A stretch of 64,000 bases of DNA from a virus. Taxonomy: Duplodnaviria; Caudoviricetes. Positions 1 to 8,800 of the stretch are shown here, one piece after another; the stretch's first letter is position 1, and every line of letters starts with the position of its first letter. Under the pieces are notes generated by a model that worked only from the letters and a program-made list of their open reading frames with translations, had not been told where the DNA came from and made no database searches. The DNA is taken from IMG/VR virus record IMGVR_UViG_3300003320_000853, one strand, 5' to 3'. The position numbers and the translations under genes are program-made.

Positions 1-237
1 ACGGCGGCCGGCTTCACGACGGCCGCCACCCGGCAAACCGAGCGGCTCCGGAGGACGGCGAACCACATCCTCGTCTCGCTCCTCGGCACCAGCATCCCTC
101 CCGACATCCCCACGGCGCATGCCTACACGGCGAGCTACATCATCCGGGGGGATAGTGGCGCGCACGACATCACGACCTCTGACGTCGAGTTCCTCGACCT
201 CGGATCCCTCACGGTCACATATAGGAATGCGACATGA
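1..237 (+). CDS. C-terminal end of a structural protein, probably baseplate J-like (partial)
   Basis: Frame +1 is open from base 1 to TGA at 235-237 (...HDITTSDVEFLDLGSLTVTYRNAT*); precedes a baseplate-wedge-like gene. Confidence 0.5.
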   Translation, partial: TAAGFTTAATRQTERLRRTANHILVSLLGTSIPPDIPTAHAYTASYIIRGDSGAHDITTSDVEFLDLGSLTVTYRNAT

Positions 238-392
238 CCAAGCGCGACCTCCGATGGTGGGCGTTGTGCATCACGCACAACTGCCTGGTCCACCCCATGC
301 TCCCCATCGCAGACTTTCTGGAGTCGCTGAAGTTCAAGCGCGTGTCCGAGGCCATCTACTGGCTCCACGACAACAGCTTCCCCGAGGAATAG
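234..392 (+). CDS. Small hypothetical protein (52 aa, W..HN...HP...WLHD type)
   Basis: ATGA overlap with the upstream stop; MTKRDLRWWALCITHNCLVHPMLP...YWLHDNSFPEE*; below the ORF-track cut-off. Confidence 0.55.
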   Translation: MTKRDLRWWALCITHNCLVHPMLPIADFLESLKFKRVSEAIYWLHDNSFPEE

Positions 393-444
393 GTCGTGTC
401 CCGCGAACATTTCCTCATCGCGCTCTTCGTTTTTCGGGTGATCT

Positions 445-1263
445 ATGGCCCGCTTCACGCCTGACCCCAATCGCATCAATCACACGGTCTCCCAGACGGG
501 GCGGGAGTACAACCTCCGGCTCCAACAGCGGGCGCAGACCATCTTCACGACGCTGCTCAACCTCCTGGCCTCGAACTACATCTCGGCCGTCGCGGGGCCG
601 AACTACACCCTGGAGATGAAGGCGGTCGCGGTCGAGCTGGCGCGAATCGAGCTGGCTCTGGAGGATGTCGACGCGGATCGGTCGATCACGACGACGCGTT
701 CCGATTTCCTCTACAGCATCATCGGCTACCTCATCTTCCTGAACGGCAAGCTTCCCTCGATGGAGTTCTCGGACGAAGGCTTCCGAAACTTCCTCGTGAG
801 CCTCATTCGAATCTATTTCCAGGGGTCGATCCCGAAATCTATTTCCGACCTCTCGACCCTGCTCCTCTCAGGGGACGTCCAAGTGACGGAGAACTTTCTC
901 CTCGTGCGCCAGGGGGCAAGCGGGCTCGACATCTCCGACCAGTTCGGGTTCAACATTGACGTGGTGATCCCGGCTGGGGGTACTTTTCCGGTGAACTTGT
1001 TCCAGGTCGACTCGACCCTCCGGATGCTCCTCGACATCATCCGGCCGGCGCACACGCTCTACAAGATCCGGTACATCTTCTCCGACACGTACACCCCGAA
1101 CCCAGATACGACCGGCAAGATCCTCGACGCCATGCGGTGGAGCCTCGCGATGTACGAGTATGAGGATCTGCGCTCCTATTGGAATGGGATCCGGGATCGA
1201 GATCGCCTTGGGGCCAAGGTCAACCAGGGGGTTGTCGCCGAAGACCATTCCGCGGACTTCTGA
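445..1263 (+). CDS. Putative baseplate wedge protein (gpI/DUF2313-like)
   Basis: 272 aa; C-terminal LLDIIRPAHTLY resembles the KPAH signature of baseplate gpI-like proteins; follows a J-like gene. Confidence 0.55.
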   Translation: MARFTPDPNRINHTVSQTGREYNLRLQQRAQTIFTTLLNLLASNYISAVAGPNYTLEMKAVAVELARIELALEDVDADRSITTTRSDFLYSIIGYLIFLNGKLPSMEFSDEGFRNFLVSLIRIYFQGSIPKSISDLSTLLLSGDVQVTENFLLVRQGASGLDISDQFGFNIDVVIPAGGTFPVNLFQVDSTLRMLLDIIRPAHTLYKIRYIFSDTYTPNPDTTGKILDAMRWSLAMYEYEDLRSYWNGIRDRDRLGAKVNQGVVAEDHSADF

Positions 1264-1268
1264 GGCTC

Positions 1269-1291
1269 TTCTTATCCCCGCGTTGCTGTAG
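1269..1291 (+). promoter_or_regulatory. Class L (structural/late) upstream motif TTCTTATC-N11-GTAG
   Basis: TTATC ends exactly 15 nt before ATG 1292; same spacing at 11807, 16947 and (TTAGC variant) 62530. Confidence 0.55.
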
Positions 1292-3760
1292 ATGGCAACG
1301 GCGACCATTCAATTTACCCAGGGTCTTACCGTTGGGAACGCGGGCCAATCTGTCATTGGTTTCGTTGCCAACGCATTCGTCACGTTGACGGATGCGGGAG
1401 GTCCGGCGTCGAACACGACGTGGTTGTGGCAGATCGTCTCATGGCCGGCACCTCTGAGCTCCGTGCCGCCGATCATCAGCTCGACCGCACAGGTGGCGAC
1501 GATGACCCCCACCATGGACGGGGTCTACATCTTCAGGCTCACGCGCGTCGAGAACTCCGTCACAACGGTCGACATCAGGTTCTTCGCCGTCCTCGACGTG
1601 GATGGGTTCTGTCTGCCATCCCCGGGTCAGACCGGGCACATGACCAACGTCGGAGCTTCGCAGGTCGCAGCGCAGAATGCGGGGTGGGCGGGTGGAGCTT
1701 CGGCGAGCACCAACGTTCTGCTCGACGGATATCTCCGTGGGCTGAAGTCCTTGGCCAAGTCTGTTGCTGGCCAGTTCAACGCCACGGTGGTCCTCGACTG
1801 GTACATCGCCACGAATGGCTCGGACACGAACAACACGGGGCGCTCGCCGAGCTCCCCCTTCGCGTCGTTCGATGGTCTTATCGCGGCGACAGGTTTGCAG
1901 AGGTACCCTACATTCACGCAGGTGAACGTTCATGTGGGTCCAGGGACATACACTCCCACTGCGACAGGGATTTTCGATGTCATGGCGGAAGCCCTCGAAT
2001 CCGTCGTGTTCAATTTTCAGGGGACGCGCACCTATGTTGGGGGAGCTCGTACGGCGACCCCTGTGGGATCCACGGGCACTGTTTCGGCGGTCACCTCATG
2101 GGATGGGACCGCGAAGACCGAAGGCCTTATCACGGTCTCGTCTGGGATCGACTTCAGCCAGTTCAACTGTGATGGGGGGTACTTCGCGGAAGTTGTCGGT
2201 GGGGCTCGGGACGGGCTCTCGGTCCCCATCATCTGGATCTCGACGCTCACGGCGATCAGTGGCAGCACCCTGAAGTTCAAGACCTCGGGTTCGTCGGACG
2301 TAACCCTTCCCCAGGTCGGGGATGTGCTGAGGATCTACACGGTCCCTGCGTTGAGGGGGCCGTGTCTCCTTGGGTCAGGCAATTACTTCGATCTCGACTT
2401 CGGGGCGAACCCTTTCGTTGTGCACAGCGTGACCCTCGGGAACGTGAACCCCGTCGAGGCGGGGTTCACGAACTGCATTCTGAGGGGTCTCGATGCGGGC
2501 GCATTCGGCGAAAAACCTCTCGCCCTGTTCACCTCGTGTGTGATCTATCGGAGCCATTTCACAGGGGCTATAACAGCAGGCACCACGACGTTTCTGGGTG
2601 GGGTCGAGATCCGTTATGAGGGAACGCTCACCCTCGACGACTGGAGCTACTTCCCCAACTGTGGGTTCGTGTGTGGTGTGGACTCTTCGGGGGTCGTGAT
2701 CGTGGAAGGGATCACGGCTTTCGAGGCCGCTCCGACTTCGATCACGCTGACCGTTCGATCCATCATGCGTTGCACTGCCCAGCTCTGGTTCCGCGACATG
2801 GGCAGCCTTCCAACGTCTCCCTCGATCCTGCTCTCCAGTGGATCCCTGTTGACCTACAGCGTTCTCCCGGCGTTCGTCGGGACGCATGCCTCCGTTGATG
2901 CCAATATCGCTGGCGTCGGGAAGAATGCCGCGGATCTCCCGTTCATCAACACCGCTGCCTTCGCAGGGATCCTCTCAGAAGGCGGAGCAGTGCCTCCTAC
3001 TCCCACACCTTCTTGGAATGTGGGGGGCAACACAGGTCTTACATCGCCTGCGGTCTTCGGGCCGACGGATGCCGTCGACCTGAACATGTCCGCGCAGAGC
3101 AACGTGTGGGCGACGGTCACCACTTCCGGCCTCTCGCTCAGCCAGCCGAATCTTGCGATCTCGATCGCCTGCGGAAACGCCGTGATGTCCTTCACCTCGG
3201 GGGTGGAGATCGACCTCACAGCCCCGACCATCACGCTCGCGGGGGCCGTGAACCTGACGGGACCGACGACCGTCACGGGAGCATTCTCTGCTACTACATC
3301 GGGCACTGACACCATCAACCTCACGGCTGCGGGAAATCTCAATGCTTCTGGCGCAAGCATCAGCCTCATCGCGTCTGACATCTTCGCGGGCGTTGCGTTC
3401 TTCGGATCTGCCTTCAGTGGCACCACAAATCTCGGCGCCGGTTCTGGGGGTCTCAACTTCAACGGGGCTGCGGTATTCAGCTCGGTAATTTCGGTCGGGA
3501 ACGCGACCGTCGACGGGAATTTCGGACAGAACACAGCGGCGAATACTGTCGACCGAGGCAACTACTTCGAGGTGAATCAGACCACGGCTGGGAGAACCCT
3601 CACAATCCCGGCCCCGACCGGAGGCAACGCTCGGAAGGGACAACTCGCCTTCGTCTCCAACATCGGATCGGCGTCTTTCACCATGCTCGGGAAGACAGTA
3701 AGCCCTGGCAGCGTCCTGATCGCAGTCTGGAAGGGCGCCACCTGGGTCCAGGGTATCTAG
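1292..3760 (+). CDS. Tail fibre/tailspike-like virion protein (paralog of 4317..5855)
   Basis: 822 aa, G/T/S/A-rich; N-terminal ~150 aa shared with 4317; WYIATNGSDTNNTGRSPSSPF motif typical of the entry into beta-helix fibre domains. Confidence 0.65.
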   Translation: MATATIQFTQGLTVGNAGQSVIGFVANAFVTLTDAGGPASNTTWLWQIVSWPAPLSSVPPIISSTAQVATMTPTMDGVYIFRLTRVENSVTTVDIRFFAVLDVDGFCLPSPGQTGHMTNVGASQVAAQNAGWAGGASASTNVLLDGYLRGLKSLAKSVAGQFNATVVLDWYIATNGSDTNNTGRSPSSPFASFDGLIAATGLQRYPTFTQVNVHVGPGTYTPTATGIFDVMAEALESVVFNFQGTRTYVGGARTATPVGSTGTVSAVTSWDGTAKTEGLITVSSGIDFSQFNCDGGYFAEVVGGARDGLSVPIIWISTLTAISGSTLKFKTSGSSDVTLPQVGDVLRIYTVPALRGPCLLGSGNYFDLDFGANPFVVHSVTLGNVNPVEAGFTNCILRGLDAGAFGEKPLALFTSCVIYRSHFTGAITAGTTTFLGGVEIRYEGTLTLDDWSYFPNCGFVCGVDSSGVVIVEGITAFEAAPTSITLTVRSIMRCTAQLWFRDMGSLPTSPSILLSSGSLLTYSVLPAFVGTHASVDANIAGVGKNAADLPFINTAAFAGILSEGGAVPPTPTPSWNVGGNTGLTSPAVFGPTDAVDLNMSAQSNVWATVTTSGLSLSQPNLAISIACGNAVMSFTSGVEIDLTAPTITLAGAVNLTGPTTVTGAFSATTSGTDTINLTAAGNLNASGASISLIASDIFAGVAFFGSAFSGTTNLGAGSGGLNFNGAAVFSSVISVGNATVDGNFGQNTAANTVDRGNYFEVNQTTAGRTLTIPAPTGGNARKGQLAFVSNIGSASFTMLGKTVSPGSVLIAVWKGATWVQGI

Positions 3761-3764
3761 AGGG

Positions 3765-3798
3765 TTCTTTTATCCTCCCCCTGCCGTAGGAGAGAGCC
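3765..3798 (+). promoter_or_regulatory. Class L motif TTCTTTTATC-N11-GTAG plus RBS (AGGAG)
   Basis: Intergenic; same N11 spacing to GTAG as at 1269. Confidence 0.5.
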
Positions 3799-4317
3799 AT
3801 GTCCAGGGAAAAGGTCGCCGGTCCTCGTGCCAGGGTTCACCTACGGCACGAGCGTGCCGTCACCTTCGACGCGATGCGCGGGATCTGGATCCGGCAGATC
3901 GTGAGCGATGAAGTAGTCTGGAATCTCGTCACGGATGCGGGACGGCGGCGGCTCCATGCCTACATCTATGGGACGACGCGGAACACTCTCGGGTCGGGGC
4001 TGAACTTCATTGCGTTGTCCAACGATGGGACGGTGCCTGCGCAGGGGGACACCATCTTGGCGGGCGAGCTGACCAATGGGGTGGCTCCGGGCTTGGGAAG
4101 ATCCCAGGCCACGGTCACCTTGCCGGTGGGTTCTGGAACCACGACAACCCTCGCGAACGTCTTCACCTTTACCGGGACAGGGCCCCAGGCGATCCAGAAG
4201 GCCGCCCTCTTCGATGACCCGACCGCAGGCGTCATGGCGCACGAGATCCAGTTCACGCCGAGAACGCTCTTCCCCAACGACACCATCACAATCTCCTACA
4301 CGATCGCGATTTCCTGA
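3799..4317 (+). CDS. Putative tail-fibre/baseplate adaptor protein
   Basis: 172 aa; NLVTDAG...IALS...DTILAGEL pattern resembles tail-collar/fibre N-terminal domains; structural context. Confidence 0.5.
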   Translation: MSREKVAGPRARVHLRHERAVTFDAMRGIWIRQIVSDEVVWNLVTDAGRRRLHAYIYGTTRNTLGSGLNFIALSNDGTVPAQGDTILAGELTNGVAPGLGRSQATVTLPVGSGTTTTLANVFTFTGTGPQAIQKAALFDDPTAGVMAHEIQFTPRTLFPNDTITISYTIAIS

Positions 4318-5855
4318 TGGCGAACGCGACTTGCCAGTTTACACAGGGGGCTATCGTAGGCGGCAACGGCCAGTCGGTCGTTGGGTTCGTGGTGAGCTCG
4401 GTCGTCACGATGACCGATGCCGGGGGGAACGCCGCCAACACGACGTGGCAATGGACGATCATCTCGTGGCCCGGGCCGCTTTCCGGCCCGCCCCCGATCA
4501 CGAATGCGACCACCCGGGTTGCTACGGTCACGCCGACTCTCGACGGCGTGTACATCGTCCGACTCACCCGGGTCGAGAACACCGTCACGACGATCGACAT
4601 CAAGTTCTTCGGGGTCATCGACGCGGACGGCCTGATCCTCCCCTCGGCGGGTCAGACGGGGGCGATGACCAACGTCGGAGGAAGTCCGCTCCTCGCACAG
4701 GCTGCGGGATGGATGGGCCGCCTGGACGCATCGACGGACCTCTTCGTCGATGCGTACCTTCGGTTCCTCAAGGCGCACAAATATTCGGCCGGCGGCGACC
4801 TCGCTGGCTCGGGAAGTGTCGCGACGGTCACCGCGATCCAGGGCATCCCGGTCAAGAGTGGGACCCCCTCGGATGGGCAGGTTCTTACCTTCGTCTTGGC
4901 CAACAACAGATGGGAACCCCAGACGATCTCGGGTGGTTCCGGCAAGTGGAGCATCGGCGGCGACTCGATCCCCTCGGATTCCGACTTCGGTGCGCTGACG
5001 GATTTCGTCGTCAATATGAAGCAGAACGGGATCACCAGGATCTCGCTCGACTCCTCGACGTCCGCAGACCCTGGGGGCATCACCATCGCCTCCGACCCCA
5101 CGCTTCATGGTCCCATCAACGTCACTGCCGACGGGGATCTGAACATGCAATCGACGACCGGCAACGGCTCTCTCCAGGCCATCGCCGGCAACATGACGAT
5201 CGACAGCGCAAACCAAATGCGTGTCGGATCTACCTCCACCTTCTGCCGCTTCGGCAACACCTCCAACGGCAGCACGCAGCTCGATGGCAATGGTATTTCT
5301 CTCACGGCCATCGGATCGGCGATCAATCTTCTGGCCATCGACCCCAGTAATGGCTTCGTTCAGATCGAGTCCGACAGCAACCAGCCGATCATCTTGGTAG
5401 GGGGTAGTTCGGTTACCACGAACCTGAACGGAGCCGGCTTCAACAAGGGTCGTTGGGTGGCCACCCAATGCCTCACCAATGCCGCGGATCAGTACATCCC
5501 TCTCGGAGGTGCATCTGCGACCAGCTTGACCGAGCTGCCTGGATCGGTGCAGGACACCCCGGGCGACGTGTCACAGATCGCTGTGAGCTACGTCGGGAGC
5601 AGCTCGAACACTACACAGACGCTTTCATTCCGGGTGCAGAAGAGCACCAACGGAGGCGCCTACGCCGACGTGTCTGGTCTGACGATCACGGGGGTGCCGA
5701 CCACTGCGGGAAGGCATGTCTTCGCCGTTCCTGGACTGTTCGGTATCCCGCTCACACCGCAGCCCCATTTGGCCAGCGATTCCTACGTCGTTCTGGTCAA
5801 GCCTTCGGCCCCTCTGGGGGCAGTGTGCACCAACATCATGGTGTCCGTCTCGTAG
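4317..5855 (+). CDS. Tail fibre-like virion protein (paralog of 1292..3760)
   Basis: 512 aa; MANATCQFTQG... N-terminus homologous to 1292; AGGDLAG and PSDGQVL...W fibre motifs. Confidence 0.65.
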   Translation: MANATCQFTQGAIVGGNGQSVVGFVVSSVVTMTDAGGNAANTTWQWTIISWPGPLSGPPPITNATTRVATVTPTLDGVYIVRLTRVENTVTTIDIKFFGVIDADGLILPSAGQTGAMTNVGGSPLLAQAAGWMGRLDASTDLFVDAYLRFLKAHKYSAGGDLAGSGSVATVTAIQGIPVKSGTPSDGQVLTFVLANNRWEPQTISGGSGKWSIGGDSIPSDSDFGALTDFVVNMKQNGITRISLDSSTSADPGGITIASDPTLHGPINVTADGDLNMQSTTGNGSLQAIAGNMTIDSANQMRVGSTSTFCRFGNTSNGSTQLDGNGISLTAIGSAINLLAIDPSNGFVQIESDSNQPIILVGGSSVTTNLNGAGFNKGRWVATQCLTNAADQYIPLGGASATSLTELPGSVQDTPGDVSQIAVSYVGSSSNTTQTLSFRVQKSTNGGAYADVSGLTITGVPTTAGRHVFAVPGLFGIPLTPQPHLASDSYVVLVKPSAPLGAVCTNIMVSVS

Positions 5856-5874
5856 TCGATCCTAGGATGTTTGC

Positions 5875-8800
5875 ATGAGTTACGGTCAGGCCCCCTACGG
5901 ACAATCCCCCTACGGTGGGGTCTCCTTCGACCTCACGGGGCCCTCGCTTGTCTCGACGGTTCCGACGGACAACTCCACAGGGATCTCTTCTACCACTGCT
6001 GTCACCGCGGTCATCACCTCACCGTCGACGTTCGATCCCTTCTCGGTGAACGTTACCCTCAACGGGTTGCAGGCGGTCGTCGCGAGCACCTTCCTCCCGG
6101 GCTACTCCGGCACGATCCTCTTCGACGGGGTCAACTGCACGATCACGATCTCCGGACACCCAGACTTTCCGGGCGGTACCCTGATCCCGGCTTCGTTCGT
6201 GGTGACCGACCTCGCAGAGTTGAGCGGTACCTTCTCGTTCGCGTTCAATACGACCCCCGGAACGGTCCTCCTCTCCGAGACCTTGGGGGTCGTCGAGACG
6301 CCCGTGATCATGCCCGGGCACGCATTGACGATCGTGAATCTCGATGCGACGACCGTGCAGGTATCGCTCTCCGAAGAGCTTCGAATCGACGACATCACCG
6401 ACGTCGCCCGGTTTCTCTTCATGGGGATCGATGGGGGTGTACCTCTGTGGGTTTCCAACGCAACGCCGGGTTTCACGACAAAGCAAACGGGGACGGCAGG
6501 GGCGACAGGAACACCGGATGCGAATCCCCTCTTCTCCCATGTCTTGACGCTCGACGGATCGTTTTCCACCGACAACATCGGGGACTACATCACCTTCACC
6601 GGCCCGACCCGCTCATGGAACCAGGGGGTGGTGACGCGCATCGTGGGGGTCATCTCGACGCATACCGTCCAGGTGGATGCCTCTATCTTCCGGGATGATC
6701 CTAGGAACGGATCGCTTGCCTGGACGCATACGAGCGCCGTTCAGACGCTCACGCTCACGGTCAACAAGGCGACGAACGGCAAGACCTACGGCCTCGTCGT
6801 GGGGCCGTTTCTATCGAAGACGAACGGGCCTGTGACCCTTGCGGGATCGTTCGTTGCTTCGGTCCCCCTGCCGCAGCTTGCCTCTGCAACGTTCTTCCCT
6901 GACGGGTTCGTGCTCGTTGCGTTCGGAGAAGCCATGCGCTCGGACGGGGATCTGACGAGCGCCGCCGAGTATGCGATCACTGGGCCGAGTACGGTCGAGG
7001 TTGCCTCGGCAGCACCTATCGACGAGACTTCCGTGCTCCTCCGTACGACGGGGCTCGCCGTGGGATCCTACACGCTCACGGTCAACGCCTCGGGGACGCC
7101 GAAGGATGTGGCGGGCAACCCCATCGACCCGAGCTTCAACACGGGGATCTTCACGGCCGCCGTTCCGCTCGCGCCCCGGAGTATCTTCACGGATCGCGGG
7201 CCTATTGCGAAGCCGAAGAGCATCGTTGCTTCCGGCAGCGGTGCGACGCTCAGCAACTTCACGGACGTTACGCTCCCGGGTGCGAACCTCAGCCTGAGCC
7301 ACGTCGGGCTCTATGTGAGTCTCACCACGACGAAGAACGGTGGGACGTACCGGATCGCAGCCGTGCTCGGAGCGACCAAGGCGACGCTCCTCGCGAGCTT
7401 CTCTCTGCCCGACCCGCAGAACGGAAGCATCGCTTGGCAGCTCATCGACCCGCAGAACGGGCAGATCGCAGACGATCCCGCCGATGTGATGGTCACGGTG
7501 AACAACTCCCCGGTGACGCCAACGGCTGTCCTCGGGCTCCTCGGCCAGATCGTTCTTCCCACGATCCCGGCCCATGGGAGCAGCGTCAAGGTGAGCTACT
7601 CTTGGATCAACAACCCCACGGTCGACGTTCGCCGGTTGAACTCGAAGGAGTTCCGTCTCAACGCGTGGAACCGAGATGTGGGTCTCCCGACCGATGCCTC
7701 GAACGGACACAAGTACAGGTTCAACAATACCCTCGTCCAACCCACAGAATTCGTCGCGGCCGACATGCAGGCGGTCTTGTCGCAGCCGCTGCAACGCGAC
7801 CTCAAGTACCGCGCCTACGAGCGGGCATACACTGCGGTATTGAACGACCCCACGCTCCTCCTGCTCAACTCACCGACGCATTCGATCGCCTTCCCGCCCC
7901 TCCAGCGGATCGTGACGCAGACGTTCATCTCGTACGAGCCGAACGTTCTTCCCGAGAACGACGCGAATCCCTGGACGCGCTTTGGCAACGGCACAGCCTC
8001 CGTCGTGGCGGGGGAGCTAGTCGTGCAAGATACGCAGAGCGGGCCCTTCCCGGCGGGAGCGCCCATCTACTGGTCGAAGACCATCGACCTCACCTTCCCT
8101 CACGTCTTTGCCGCTACGTGGCAAGTCGTCGTGAATTCGGTCCCCACCCTGGAGGGCGTCTTTACTGGGATCGCGGCTGGCTTCTCGGACTCGCAGAGGG
8201 CCTTCGTCGTCGGCTTCCTGATGGATGGCTCGACCGCCAAGGTCGGCTTCTTCACGGGGGGAGACCCCACGTCGATCGCCTCATGGACGGGGGGGATCGA
8301 CGTGCATGGGAATCCGAGCGGCGCGCCGGTTGCCCTTGACTGGACGATCGTCCACTCCTTCCGGATCTTCCGCGGGACGGATCAGGTCGTCAAGCTCTAC
8401 ATCGACGGGGCGGTCACGGAGAGTCTCCGTCTCGCCAGCTCGGGGTTCCTTTTCCTGAGCGACCTCCACGACCCATTCAACAGCCTCGAAGGGGTGTTCT
8501 TCGGATCCCTCTCTTACATCGGGACGTCAACCTCGACGTGGGACTTCGTTCGCTACCTCATCCTGCCGACGAACCCGATCCAATCGAGCCCGTCGGTCTT
8601 CGTCTCCTACGAGGCGAACACGACTCCAGAAAAGGGAACTCTTCCCTGGACGCCGGTCGGCGCTCACGGTACGGAGACCATCCTGGGGGGAGACTTCCTG
8701 CTTCTTGACTCGACGAGCGCGACGACCCCGTCTGTGGCTACGCTCGCGGGACTCGTGGACGGAGACTTCCGGGGCTTCGTTCGCATCGAGCCCCTGCTCT

